DNA of 61,882 nucleotides, filler included, from Collodictyon triciliatum (GCA_043381765.1; 24 parts of 24 records of this genome joined end to end with filler, not necessarily neighbours in it), one strand, 5' to 3'; shown: positions 39,760 to 55,890, counted from the first letter of the whole stretch. The notes: generated by a model from the letters alone, not told the origin. Numbers and translations: made by a program.

Positions 39760-41010
39760 TCATCGACCCAACAACTTTATCCGCTCTTCTGTCAGTCTCG
39801 AACACAACCAGAAATCGCGTTGGAGCTTAGCCACTTCAAGTAGAATAGTCTGTGTGTGAAAATACTTTCTCCTGTTTTTTTCTTTTCTTCCCCTTGCAAA
39901 ACACAAAACTCCAACCACACAATCTGAGGTTTTCCACTGTCTCATAAACAGCTCATTTTTTGTCCTAGAGTCGAGGGCGGTTTCCTCGGCTTTGTTTTCT
40001 CTCACTAAACTGTTGAAATAATTAATACAACATCGTGATTAAAAAAAATGGAGGCATGTTTAAAATCAGATGTATCGTTTCAGAGAAATAAGGAGTAATT
40101 TATGCGGACGGGCATTTGGCTTACAGTGCACGCAACAAAGAAAAAAAGCCATCTTAAACTTTTTTAAAAGAGGTATTTTTCCTATGACGTTTCTTTTCCT
40201 TCGAGATGCATTCATAGTGACATTCAATGACATTATATTTTTCTTATTAAAATCCATCAGACATTTCAGATATTACATTAATAAGTCCTTTCCAGGTTAC
40301 TTGACGAAGCCAGTCCGTGTCCACGTCTCGAATTACTCTGAGCCGGATTGATACGTGCCTCTTTGTTTCCACCTTTCTGACCTATTTTTTATTCTGATTT
40401 CTATATGTTTGATAATAACCTTATACAAATTTCGTTTAATCATTTTCTGAATACTGGAGAGATGGTGTGCAAGTATGCCATATCATTATCCTGTCCCGCT
40501 CCAGTATGAGCTCTACTTTTACCATTGAACTGCACTGTAGGCTTTGCGGCAGCAAATACCTAACCTTGACCTCGACGAACTCGAATACCGCATCGCAAAC
40601 CTGATTGCATAAAAGTCCATCCTTGACTGCATCGACGCTGGGCATAATGTGATGGCTCCGTATGATATTTTTTGCTTTTTTTTTTTTCATGCTTGTTTTT
40701 GTTTTTGTTTTATGTTTCTTTTGTCCCTAAAAAGAAACCGAAGGTGTTTGCGCGCTGCGGCTTTGAGAGGCTTCAATCGTCCGGCGTTGCTTTTATGTTC
40801 GCAGATGCTTGCGTTGGGACCGACGAATCCGCTTCCTGCGTCGAAGCAGCCAACGGAGAGCGCGTTGAAGTCGAAGAACTGAGAGATAAAAGCAAAAATA
40901 GAATGTTGGTGAATAGAATAAAATATGATAAAGTCCAACCGCGCAGAATGAAGGCACATCGCATGCCACTGTATTCAACTCTGTGGTGATGGAAGTGATT
41001 CGGGTTGTGA
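39760..41010 (-). CDS. Hypothetical spliced gene fragment
   Basis: Alternating GC-richer exon-like blocks and AT-rich intron-like blocks with GT-AG borders. The frame could not be assembled with confidence. Confidence 0.3.
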
Positions 41011-41163
41011 GCGTGGCTCTTATTGGCAAACAAAACCTTTTTTTTTCTTTCACAAGACCATGTCTTGAATAGTTAATTTTGTTTTTGTTTTTGTGGCTTT
41101 TGATCGTACAGAACGATACTTTTTTTTTTGTTTTTACTCTTTTTTTTTTTGTTTTTTACTTAA

Positions 41164-41281
<118 letters not shown>

Positions 41282-41479
41282 NNNNNNNNNNNNNNNNNNN
41301 NNNNNNNNNNNNNNNNNNNNNNNNNTTAATTAATTAANNNNNNNNNNNNNNNNNNNNNNNNNNNNNNNNNNNNNNNNNNNNTGTTTTTTGTTTTTTGTTT
41401 TTTGTTTTTTGTTTTTTGTTTTTTGTTTTTTGTTTTTTGTTTTTTGTTTTTTGTTTTTTGTTTTTTGTTTTTTGTTTTT

Positions 41480-42620
41480 TTGTCCGAGCCTGTTACTGGG
41501 CAAAAAAATTCGCGCAACATGGCCAAAAAATGTTCATAGAATTCCATAATGAATATCTATTTCTGGACAGTAAAGAGATTCTTCTACCTTTTTTGGTGCT
41601 GATGCGCGATTGATTGCAGGAGCCTTTGGGAATTCGAAAAAACATATAAAAATTGATGTGTGCCCCACCAAGTTCGCTTTTTCCCTTCCTGTTGTGAGTC
41701 TAATTCTGAGGAGGGATTGGGCTCTATTCTTTTGACAACTTGAGTTTCGTCGGGATGACCGCAAACACATTTTACTGGCTTGGGTTCGGAGCAGGCCAGC
41801 CGAAAAACGTATTGATAATGGTCATAAAATCGTACGAGATGGCTGAGAAAGGATGCAATCCCATTAGCATTTCTAGCGCGCTTGGCTATCTAAAGGAAGC
41901 TTCATTTCACTACAAATGGAATCACAATCAGGTGGTGGGATGCCGCGTAGTGTTTGAGTAGCGTTTTATTCTCCTCTATGATTAGTCACCTATCGAAGGT
42001 TTCCGTTTGCAAATAATTTCTCTGGGATTTAGAATTCATATCACAAACATAACCTGTATATTTTTATTGCTAGTTTTATAACAGCCGAAGAATGCAGATT
42101 CATCACCTGCATGTTATTTCGAAGCATATATTCATGTGTTGGTAATTGCGTTGCAACCCCTGAAGTACTTTTCCTTGTCCATCGCTCTTCACCTCGGAAT
42201 GCCTTGTTTATTTTGGCAGTCATTTCTGAGGAATGTTTTCAGGGGAAGATAAATACATTGAGACAGAAGTTATGACAACCACATGAGCAACACAGATGTA
42301 ATAAATAATTCTGTCATTCCGCTGTCTTAGAATATTACCTTGGCTGAAGTTATCCAAGCAAACTTGTTAGAGGACATTGCTGGCATACTTGTTGAAGGTA
42401 AATTTGTATGTGAGAGACTGCACGCCAAAGGTTTTGATTACTCACTTCTGCAAGACTTCCCACAAAAGCGATCCAATCTTTTAACTTGTGATGCAAGGGA
42501 GAGCTCAACAGAAACAACTGCGGGTTTCGTGGCACTTGACATGCAGTTGTCCCATGTGTTGTTATCGAAAAGGAAAAAAATATCTAAACAAAGACATAAC
42601 CAGAGATGATGATTCTGCAT
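41480..42620 (-). CDS. Hypothetical spliced gene, divergent from AIP1
   Basis: Several exon-like blocks (KMTAKINKAFRGEERW..., IAKRARNANGIASFLSHLVRFYDHYQYVF) with GT-AG borders. No family recognised. Confidence 0.35.
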
Positions 42621-42773
42621 CTTCGAGATATTTCAAGCCTGGACGTACAACTAAAAAAGAATGGGGGACATTTAAAATTGTTTTGTGCTTCGCCCAAATA
42701 CAAAATCTAGAAGAATCAGAATATTTGGTCGATGAATCTCCTCTTATGCCTGCTGCAAAAGCCTTTCAAGAAC

Positions 42774-42866
<93 letters not shown>

Positions 42867-42925
42867 TTGAAAAACAAAAAACAAAAGGAAAGCCACAGTA
42901 ATACTTTCTCAAGACGCACGCTAGG

Positions 42926-43542
42926 ATGCCGATCACCCAGAACCGTATTCTTGCGGCCACGCCAACCACCACCCGCGGAGAGCATACGCAAATCACCGGA
43001 GATGGGAACGACCTTATCCTGTACGCCACCGGAAACAGCATTGTTATGCGCTCGCTCTCCAACCCAGAAAACGTGACTCTCTACGACCAGCACAGCCAAA
43101 AGACCAGCGTCGCAAAGTAACAATCTTCATTCTTCATCTGAGTGAAAACAAAAACAAAAAACAAAAAAAAAAGAAAAAAAAAGAGCAACTGTTGCAAAAA
43201 GTAGAGAACCAGCAAAGATCAGAAGCGCCAAAGTAAAGCCCTCTTTATGTACGCCCTAGATTCTCTCACAACAGCAAGTTTGTTGCTTCGGGCGACTCGA
43301 ATGGACGCGTGCGCATTTGGAATCCGCTGCGCCCGAGCGATCCGCCTGCGCATGAGTACACCGTCCTCGGCGGCAAAATCCTCGACATTGCGTGGGACTC
43401 CACAGACACCCGTTTGGTTGCTGTGGGCCAAGGAATGGGCCGGTTTGCCTCGTGCATCCGTGTTGACAACGGCAGCTCTGCTGGTGAAGTCCTCGGCCAC
43501 ACAAAGGCCATCAATAGTGTCGACATCCAGCCAGTCTCTGGA
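42926..43542 (+). CDS. WDR1: Actin-interacting protein 1 (AIP1/WDR1); 3' partial
   Basis: MPITQNRILAATPTTTRG...ILYATGNSIVMR...YDQH...TSVAK|FSHNSKFVASGDSNGRVRIW...LGGKILDIAWDSTDTRLVAVGQG...DNGSSAGEVLGHTKAINSVDI is the AIP1 N-terminus. Confidence 0.92.
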
Positions 43543-44100
43543 GGTGAATAGATACCTTCTTTTTCCTTTTGTTTTCCTTTTTTTCTTTTTTTCTTTATTT
43601 TTCTTTATTTTTCTTTATTTTTCTTTATTTTTCTTTATTTTTCTTTATTTTTCTTTATTTTTCTTTATTTTTTATTCTTTTTATTCTTTTTTCTTCTTTT
43701 TATTCTTTTATTCTTTTTATTCTTTTTATTCTTTTTTATACTTTTTTATTCTTTTTTGTTCTTTTTTTGTTCTTTTTTTGTTCTTTTTTTGTTCTTTTTT
43801 TGTTCTTTTTTTGTTCTTTTTTGTTCTTTTTTTTTTTTCTTTTTTGTTCTTTATTTTTNNNNNNNNNNNNNNNNNNNNNNNNNNNNNNNNNNNNNNNNNN
43901 NNTTAATTAATTAANNNNNNNNNNNNNNNNNNNNNNNNNNNNNNNNNNNNNNNNNNNNTTTTCTCTTTTTCTCTTTTTCTCTTTTTCTCTTTTTCTCTTT
44001 TTCTCTTTTTCTCTTTTTCTCTTTTTCTCTTTTTCCCTTTTCCCTTTTCCCCTTTTTTTCTTCCTTTTTTTCCTTTTTCCTTTTATATATATATATTCAG

Positions 44101-45570
44101 AACAACACATAAGATTTCAGTATCATTTATCATTTTTCTCGTCAATACTGCAACGACCAAGGATAACTTTGTCTTTATTGATTATCGATGGGTTTAAAAG
44201 AATTATGAACAAATCTTCAGAGGCTAACAATGCATCATATCTTATCCCACGTAGGGGCCCTTATCCAATATTTTAGCTTGAGTACATTTTTATGGACATT
44301 TGTAATTTCTCTGTCGATTTTTAACACAATCATTTCGAATGGATTCTACGAGGTTTTCACTTCATTTCAATATAATGTTTGGATCATTTTCTACCCATTA
44401 CGCCACCCCTCGAATTTCTCTAAAATATTTTTTAGTTTTCGGAGGGCCTTGTAGTGTGTCATATTATTTGTTGGGGCATCCCTGCTATTTGCTCCATGGT
44501 TCTCTTAGTAGAGGATAAGATTGGGCCGGCTGGGATATGGTTTTTATTTAAATTTCATGGAATTTTTATTTTCTGATTTAAATAAATTATCGTTAAACAT
44601 ATACTTCGAAGTTACTTTTTGTGCATTATGATGTCTTGTGAAGCTTTCGGATGGCTTTTACTTCACCTTCTTTTTTTACCCCTTGTTACAATATCCTGCT
44701 CTCTCCCTTTTGATAATCACCATATGGAAATATTACCATCGACTCATCGCGTTTGATTTTACTATTTTAAGGTGTTGGATAGAAGACCCCAAAGATCCTC
44801 TTCGTTTTGTCTTTTTTTACGGCCCAGCCACTTTTATTATTATTCTAAGTATCATCCTCTATGCCACTGCACAGAAAACATTTTTTCGACATTCCACTAA
44901 CGTAATAATTAACTATATTGAAATTACAACATTATACCTTAATATTTTAAAAAAATCCTTCGAGCCATAGTCATGCATTAAAGATCATTCAACCATATTC
45001 TAAAATCATGCTCCAAATAGATGAGTTCGGTGATGATTAATGTTTCAAGTCAAGACAGGAATGAAATCATCAACAAAAAAATATCAAAGAGGCTCCTTTA
45101 TGTCATCTTATCTTTTGCATGTTGTTGGATATGGGGAATAGCCAATCGAGTTCAAAATCATCTGAGTCCAAATCATCCTCAGGTGAGACGATATCTAATA
45201 TCTGATATCTTTTCGTATAAACCAGAATCACTTTCACATCTGAATTTGAATTTGAATATATTTCTAAGAAATTGTATAAAAAAATCGACACAATAGTTTT
45301 GGTTGTATTGCGTACACTCGTTTTGTACTCCATTATTTGGTTTTTGTAATTTTATAGTATATGGATTTAGCAAGAAACTTCAAAACCAGTTCATGTAAGA
45401 AAAAAAACCCTTTATCTCAATCATGCATAAATTGTTTTTATTCCACAACACACAACATATTTCACCAAGACACCACTACCTATAATGAGATACTCTAACT
45501 CATATAAACATTCATTAGGATTAGATTATGTCCTAATTACACGGATACATATGAAAAGATGAGTAATTGA
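44101..45570 (+). CDS. 7TM GPCR, cAMP-receptor/GCR1 (Dicty_CAR)-like; 5' partial
   Basis: Spliced peptide GALIQYFSLSTFLWT...HIICWGIP...GPAGIW|CWI...RFVFFYGP...KRLLYVILSFACCWIWGIANRV...PLFGFCNFIVYG, ending in TGA at 45570. Confidence 0.9.
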
Positions 45571-46691
45571 AATATCAACGGACACTTCCTATTATTCAAT
45601 ATCAAGCAAATGAGATATCAGCTAATCGATAAAGCTTCGTTAGAGCTATATTTTCATATTGCCAAGCTCAGGGTTTCAGTAGTAGATAGTTCCAGTGTAT
45701 CTAATTGCTGATTTGGTGGTGTCTTGTTGATTACCTTCTTGTCGATAATATCTCATGTATTTATTAAAAATGAATATTTTCTGGCCAGCGGTTGTATTTC
45801 TCTTCCATTATTCATATCAGATCTAGTTGTGTTGCTGTTCTATTTCACTTTTTGTGGCGACGTTTTTTTTTCTTTTAAGAAAATAGTAAAAGAAATTGTC
45901 GTTTATTCCATCACATATATACTATCCTTTGACGGTGAATACTCTTGATTTTTCATAGTCATATTTTATCTATTTTTTTCATTCGAATTAAAGCTTTTTT
46001 TTTTTTTTTGCTATGTGCGGACAGACGTGCCCGATGAGTTTATCATAATGTGTTTTCTTTTTGTTGAAGGCGGGCAGTCTGTATTAGCTATACATCGCGC
46101 AGCACCTAGTCACGAAGTCTTTTTTTTTTTTTTTTCAAGACTACGAGCATAATCATGGCTTTATCAGCTTGAGTTCATCACAGCGACCCTTTTAGAAGGT
46201 TTGAAGAGTATTGTTCGGTTTGAACTATTGAATCCAATCAATTTATATGGTTCTTGTCTTCCTTTATTCAATTATATAACGCGAGGGGTACATTGACGGT
46301 TACTTCACCAAGATATCTCATGACCACGCGTTTGCATGTTAAGCGGTAATCGCCTCTACTTCCATTTAATTGTTAAATCCAGAGTATGTTGATAAAATAC
46401 CATTGTTTTTTCATGCCACCCGCCATTATTCAAANNNNNNNNNNNNNNNNNNNNNNNNNNNNNNNNNNNNNNNNNNNNTTAATTAATTAANNNNNNNNNN
46501 NNNNNNNNNNNNNNNNNNNNNNNNNNNNNNNNNNCTTTTCTTTCTCTTTTCTTTCTCTTTTCTTTCTCTTTTCTTTCTCTTTTCTTTCTCTTTTCTTTCT
46601 CTTTTCTTTCTCTTTTCTTTCTCTTTTCTTTTTATTTCTTTCTCTTTCTTGGTCTCTTGATGTCCTAATGTAGGGATATATTTGATGTAGG

Positions 46692-48862
<2,171 letters not shown>

Positions 48863-48948
48863 GTTAATAGTGGTTCTTTATTTTATTTTAGTTTTTATTA
48901 AATGCCCCGTTAAAAAATAATCGCATGAAAATCTTGGCTCATGTGAAT

Positions 48949-49009
<61 letters not shown>

Positions 49010-49320
49010 NNNNNNNNNNNNNNNNNNNNNNNNNNNNNNNNNNNNNNNNNNNNTTAATTAATTAANNNNNNNNNNNNNNNNNNNNNNNNNNNNNNNNNNN
49101 NNNNNNNNNACATACATACATACATACATACATACATACATACATACATACATACATACATACATACATACATACATACATACATACATACATACATACA
49201 TTCATACATACCAAGAGAAAAGAAGGCATGTTATATGAACAAGCGAACCGTCTCAAGTATAAAGACAATCATCATGGATTATCGGCTGTAAGTAAACTCC
49301 ATTTATTGTTTTAGGCACGA

Positions 49321-51437
49321 CTAGTCGCTTTCGCTGAACTCACAATTCTTGTATTTCAGCCAGCAGGCCTCTCCATTTTGAAGCATTCTATACTCAGTTA
49401 GAAGTGCATCGTTAAAACTAGTCTGACAGGTATAGGGCCAACATATAACGTGATGTTCCACAAGACCATTCAAAGAGTTATCTACTTCATATGTCAACAT
49501 CGAATAAAATTATTACAAACCACTGAGTGATATTTTCCGTACTCCGAGGAAACTTGGTGGGCACAGGCTATCAAGTCACGCTCTTTTTGCACGTAGAATA
49601 GCTCTAAGTCAGCTTCGAGAGAATTCTGGGCTTGGGTAAATACCTCATAACTGGAATTCCTTTGCTTAGTGATCTGCATTTTTGGAAGAGTAAGAGTTAT
49701 TTTATGCACATAGAACATTAGCAGATATGATAACAAAGACTGTAAATGCAGATATAGATATATAGATAGGCAGGTTGGTAGGTTGGTAGGTAGGTAGGTA
49801 GGTAGGTAGGTAGGTAGGTAGGTAGGTAGGTAGGTAGGTAGGTAGGTAGGTAGGTAGGTAGGCAGAGTAAAAAGGACATATACATATTATAAATGTGAAT
49901 GAGATAATATGAAGGAAAATGAAAAAAAAATGCTACGTCATCAACTTCCTGAGTCAATTTATGAATCAATTGAGTCTTTCCCTCTGCTTTAGCCTGTATG
50001 TGCCGGTTCGATGAAATGTATATATATTCATATAATTAAAAAAATTATCCTTCAATGCATTATTTTCTTTCCTTTATTCGATTCAAAGATCCTTCAATGC
50101 ATTATAATTAAACATATATTTTTAAAAATAAACAGGTTGACCTGCTCCAGTTTTTGATTTTTTTCTTCTAACGATTTTTCCAGGTCATAGAAACGTACGA
50201 GATGAGCAAATCTAGACTTCATCGCTTCCTAAAAAAAACCATATTGGTTGAAAGGAAATTATATGTGTGGATTTATCAGGCAAAAGAAAAAGGGACTTTT
50301 CAACATATTTATTATGGAGAGTTTACCGCGACGGACGCAGCCATTTTTTCATAAAATCCAAAAGGCTGACTACACTTCAACAAGGAGGAAGACTGATTTG
50401 GTGCATAGTTGACAGCAAAATTTTAAGTCATGAAAAAATCAAAAGTATATAGCGAGAAGTAGAAAAGAGAAAACGAGGAAGATCAAAAAAAATGTCAATT
50501 GGAATTAACGGCCAAACAAATAAATCTCTTACAAAGTCTTCAGTCCCGTTCAAAATATCTCTTTGAGCTCGATGAAGTTTCTGATAACTCAGAGAAATCT
50601 CTAGTGATTCCTCTCGATGGTTTTCAATGCTAGAGGTTAATTCAGATGTAGCATTCGAAACTTCACCATGAATCGTTAGAAGTTTTTCAAATGATGAGCG
50701 GATATGCCCAGATGATTGCGATAGAGCTAAAAGATTCCTCTTGAGTTGATCGTATCGTTCGTTCGTCTCTTCGAAGTTATCCAGAAGCGTGTCTTGAATA
50801 GCATCCTCTATGTTCTTTGAAATATCTTCGAGAGTAGATCTCTTGTTCGAAGATAGAAACGAAACGAAATTCTATGTGACAAAAAAAATTCAAGTTAAAG
50901 ACAAAGAGGTACTAGGATGGACAGTCATGCTGTGATGAAAAGCTTCTAAATAGGCAAATATATTATTATGAGATATGACGAATACATACAATTCTATTTA
51001 GCTTGATGAACTTCTGAAAATTCAAATTTTCTGCAAGTATTTGATTCTTTGAGACCGAATCCATAAATTTCTTCAGTCCAATCATGCGCTCATCAATGAC
51101 TTTCTTTCCAATACGCTGAAACACGGTTTTTTCAGGGAGCGGAGGGACAATGCATCCAGGATGGTCAGCGGTTAGCCGATCTCGAATCCAATCAAATTCA
51201 CTGTATCTTCGTTGGACGTTGTACAACTCAATTTTCCCTGATGCATTGGTAACCTGCAACCATAAGAGAAAGTATAGATTTCTCACTAAGGAAATGATAA
51301 GAATCGTGTTGATAAATTTTTCTGAGGAAGTTTATCAAATATGAAGATACTTTCACGAAGATGGTGTATATAATATATGGCGATCTTTTCTCCATTAAGA
51401 CTTCGGGATTAGCAACATCAAAATCATAAGAGCATCC
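49321..51437 (-). CDS. Sorting nexin (PX-BAR); 5' partial
   Basis: PX motifs VANPE...YIIYTI, VQRRYSEFDWIR, HPGCIVPPLPEK and IDERMIGLKKFM, followed by helical BAR-like exons and TAG at 49321. Confidence 0.9.
50047..50105 (-). mobile_element. Ultra-short retroposed insertion (family 1) in a sorting-nexin intron
   Basis: Insert 50064-50088 (reverse complement CTTTGAATCGAATAAAGGAAAGAAA) is flanked by the perfect 17-bp repeat ATCCTTCAATGCATTAT (50047-50063 and 50089-50105). Confidence 0.9.
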
Positions 51438-52137
51438 CTAAGAAAATAATATTAAAAGAATAAAACCACTGTATGTATGTATGTATGTATGTATGTATGT
51501 ATGTATGTATGTATGTATGTATGTATGTATGTATGTATGTATGTATGTATGTATGTATGTATGTATGTATGTATGTATGTATGTNNNNNNNNNNNNNNNN
51601 NNNNNNNNNNNNNNNNNNNNNNNNNNNNTTAATTAATTAANNNNNNNNNNNNNNNNNNNNNNNNNNNNNNNNNNNNNNNNNNNNCAACCATGCAGATAAG
51701 TCCTCTTTGCACTCGACCTAGTGCTTATCAAACGAACCTCACTTCTCTTTTCACCATCCTTATTGACAGCTTGCGCCATCAAAGCAGTATTCCCCCTCCT
51801 CCACCCAATCAATATCACCCGTCCCTTTTTTCTCATGCTCGTGGGACACTATCACGTGTTCCCAAAAGAAATCCATGCGTCTCTTATCAAGCCTCATGGA
51901 CCTCTCTTTTCCCTTTTTTCTTTTATCTTTATCCCTGTTTTTCTTTTCTATCTCCCACACATCACCACCTACTTTGGAACTCCTTGCCTGATGGTTGAAT
52001 GAAAGATTGTTGAGACGGGCTCAACAGCTAAGAAATTTGAAAGAGAAAAAAAGAGGAAGTCCTTGCTGCGTAGCCCGAAGTTGAAGAGTGTCAAGATATT
52101 CGGGAGTTGCAGTTCGAGTGTCATGTTGTCCCGCTTC

Positions 52138-52955
52138 TCAAAGTCCGTGATAAGCAGGTTTGCATATTTGCCACTGGTCAGACGTCTGGTTGGGGCGGCT
52201 TAGATGCCCGACTGGACGTTGGCATCGGCCGCGGCCTGTGTTGGTGGAGTAAGTGTGTCAGAAAAATGGCATGTGAAAAGCGGTGGTGTTAGGTAATGGC
52301 GAGTGGCTATCTACTTACAGGGTCGTACATCTGCAGGTTTCGGAGGGCATCGGAAATAGACAAGCCGTTATAGTCCCCGTGCTATTCCAGCATGGAAGGT
52401 TGGAGATGCCACGCGGTGCCCTCTTAATGTTTATATTCTTGCCATTCCCCGTAATAGCCAGGAATGTCAGATTTGTGAGTGCTGTGACTTGTGGTGGAAG
52501 CTCCTCCATCTGCTTGACTCGTTGTTAGTCACTTTCTCTTACAATATAAATAAATAAATAAATGTCAAAAACATACCGGGTTGGTGTGTACATCGAGATA
52601 TGTGAGACCAGTCAAACATGATATTTGTGCAGGCAGCGATGACAGTTGATTGATACCAACATCAAAAACACTGAGACCAGCCAAATACGATATTTGTGAT
52701 GGCAATAATGACAGCTGATTGACACATACATCAAGACGAGTGAGACCTGTCAAGCACGATATTTGTGCAGGCAATAATGACAGCTCGTTGCTGTGGAGAC
52801 GCAGTTCTTTCAAGCCACTCAATAAAAAGACACCAGGCGGCACAGATGTCAGATTCCTTGAGCTGAGATTTAGACTCTTGGAGCTAATTAAAGCGGCGAT
52901 GTCGCGATGCCCCGTGATTTTCCGAAGCTCTTCTAAAAGCGCATTCCCATCGGCC
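52138..52955 (-). CDS. Leucine-rich-repeat protein; 5' end in gap
   Basis: 23-aa repeats LTGLTRLDVCVNQLSLLPSQISY (LxxLxxLxLxxNxLxxLP). Two introns and a short Cys/His-containing tail. Confidence 0.85.
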
Positions 52956-54260
52956 NNNNNNNNNNNNNNNNNNNNNNNNNNNNNNNNNNNNNNNNNNNNN
53001 NNNNNNNNNNNNNNNNNNNNNNNNNNNNNNNNNNNNNNNNNNNNNNNNNNNNNNNNNNNNNNNNNNNNNNNNNNNNNNNNNNNNNNNNNNNNNNNNNNNN
53101 NNNNNNNNNNNNNNNNNNNNNNNNNNNNNNNNNNNNNNNNNNNNNNNNNNNNTGTTTGTTTGTTTGTTTGTTTGTTTGTTTGTTTGTCTGTTCTGTGACT
53201 GCACTTGACAAATAGCATAGGATAAGCGTTGTTCGAGCGAGAGATGCAGTCGTGAACACAAAGAATAGAACGCGCATTTTGAATGAATGGCATGATAAGG
53301 TAGCAAGAGGGAGAGAGAGCTAGACAGCAGGATTTCGACGGGGTGTAGCCTTATAATCCCGCAAAACCATTGAATTATCCAAGAAAAACGATATGGCCTC
53401 TCAACATATAGATAGACAGATTGGGTTGTGTGTCACTCGTGTGGGTTGTGTGGTTCGTGTGGTGGTTGGGAGCAGAACATTTTCGAAGGCCACAGGTGCA
53501 GTATCTTACCGTGACGCTCGATCTGTATTCCTGCTGCAAATATGCGGTATATGTCCGGCATAGTATCGGACATGCACCATAATTTAGTAAATGCTTTAAA
53601 TTCCAGATTAAAAAATTTGATGACAATGGTACGGAATTAATGTCAACTCTTTTCCTTTTGTTGTTAGTTTTGCTTCTTCATGCTATTAATGTCCATGTCC
53701 ATTCCTGGCTTTTTTTTCTTTGCTGTGAGGGTGTTACCCTTCTGTGCGAGTGAGTGAACCTTTCATAGTTGCCGCAGTGAGTTTGTAATCTTCCGTGTGC
53801 TCGCGTGTGTGAAGCAGACTTCGGCTTTTTCCGGCATAATGGAGAGCCTTTGAGATATTCGAGTTCTGTGGGCGCGGGTGCGCTCGTGAGTCCACGTTGC
53901 ATTGCATTACTTGTGCCAGTGTTTGCGTGTTGCAGACGGCATTTGTTGGTCGACTCGACTCGACTCGACTCGACTCGACTCGACTAGTTGGTGACCGACC
54001 GGCTGCTGTAAAAAAAGGTATGAAACTCTAAACGGATAACCCTGAGCGCACAGGCTTCGCGTTACCGAGCTTTACATACAGCTCTATCTCGACTCTTTAT
54101 GTACAAAGGCGTTGCCTGAATGGGGAGCAGTTTATTTGTGAGTTTATCAATGGTGGCGTNNNNNNNNNNNNNNNNNNNNNNNNNNNNNNNNNNNNNNNNN
54201 NNNTTAATTAATTAANNNNNNNNNNNNNNNNNNNNNNNNNNNNNNNNNNNNNNNNNNNNA

Positions 54261-55890
54261 TCATGCTATGCTTGCTCAGAAGGCACATTCAACTCAAACT
54301 CCGGCTCATATGGCAATAAATCATGTATTGAATGTCCACAAGGCACTTGGAATGATAGAGAGGGTCAAGCATCATGCACATCATGTCCAGCTGGTACATT
54401 CAACTATAAAACTGGCACATTTAATCAATCATCATGTATTTCATGTCCAAATGGAAGCTACAGCTCAGAGAGAAGCGCATCATGCAGTTTATGCTCATCA
54501 GGACTCTATCAAAAAGAGCATATCATAAAAGACTCGCAATCATGCTATGCTTGCTCAGAAGGCACATTCAACTCAAACTCCGGCTCATATGGCAATAAAT
54601 CATGTATTGAATGTCCACAAGGTACTTGGAACGATAAAAACGGCCAAGCATCATGCACATCGTGTCCATCTGGTACATTCAATAACAAAACTGGCACATC
54701 ATATCAATCATCATGTATTTCATGTCCAAATGGAAGCTACAGCTCAGAAAGAAGCGCATCATGCAGTTTATGCTCATCAGGATTCTATCAAAAAGAGCAT
54801 ATCATAAAAGACTCGCAATCATGCTATGCTTGCTCAAAAGGCACATTCAACTCAAACTCCGGCTCATATGGCAATAAATCATGTATTGAATGTCCACAAG
54901 GTACTTGGAACGATAAAGACGGTCAAGCATCATGTACATCGTGTCCAGCCGGTACTTTCAACAATCAAACTGGCACATTTGATGAATCATCATGTGATTT
55001 ATGTCCAAATGGAACCTACAGCTCAGAAAGAAGTTCATCATGCAGTCCTTGTTTATCAGGATTCTATCAAAAAGAAGACATTATAAAAGACTCAAGCTCA
55101 TGCTATGCTTGTCCAAAAGGCACATTCAACTCAAACTCCGGCTCTCATGGATACATATCATGTACTGAATGTCCACAAGGTACTTGGAATGACAAGGATG
55201 GCCAAGCATCATGTATAGCATGTTCAGCTGGTACATTTAACAATCAAACTGGCACATTTAATCGATCATCATGCATTTCATGTCCAAACGGAAGTTACAG
55301 CTCAGAAAGAAGCGCATCGTGTATCTCATGCTCATCAGGATTCTATCAAAAAGGGGACATCACAAAAGACTCTAAATCATGCTTTGCTTGTCCAAAAGGC
55401 ACATTTAACTCAAACTCCGGCTCTCATGGATACATATCATGTACTGAATGTCCACAAGGTACTTGGAATGATAGAGATGGTCAAGCATCATGCACATCGT
55501 GTCCAACCGGTACTTTCAACAATAAGGCTGGGTCATTCAACCAATCATCATGCATTTCATGTCCAAATGGAAGCTACAGCTCAGAGAGAAGCGCATCATG
55601 CAGTTTATGCTCATCAGGATTCTATCAAAAAGAAGGAATAACAAAAGACTCACAATCCTGCTATGCTTGTCCAAAAGGCTCATTCAACTCAAACTTCGGT
55701 TCGTATACAAACACATCATGTATTGAATGTCCACAAGGTACTTGGAGTGATAGAGATGGTCAAGCATCATGCACATCGTGTCCATCTGGTACATTCAATA
55801 ACAAAACTGGCACATCATATCAATCATCATGTATTTCATGTCCAAATGGAAGCTACAGCTCAGAGAGAAGCACATCATGCAGTTTATGTC
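54261..55890 (+). repeat. 279-bp (93-aa) coding tandem repeat, about 5.8 units
   Basis: Units start at 54261, 54540, 54819, 55098, 55377 and 55656, with high nucleotide similarity. Confidence 0.93.

Noticed and set aside
46030-46075. SECIS element (ATGA...AA...TGA)
   Set aside because: The spacing to the AA is too short, helix II cannot pair, and no selenoprotein gene is adjacent.
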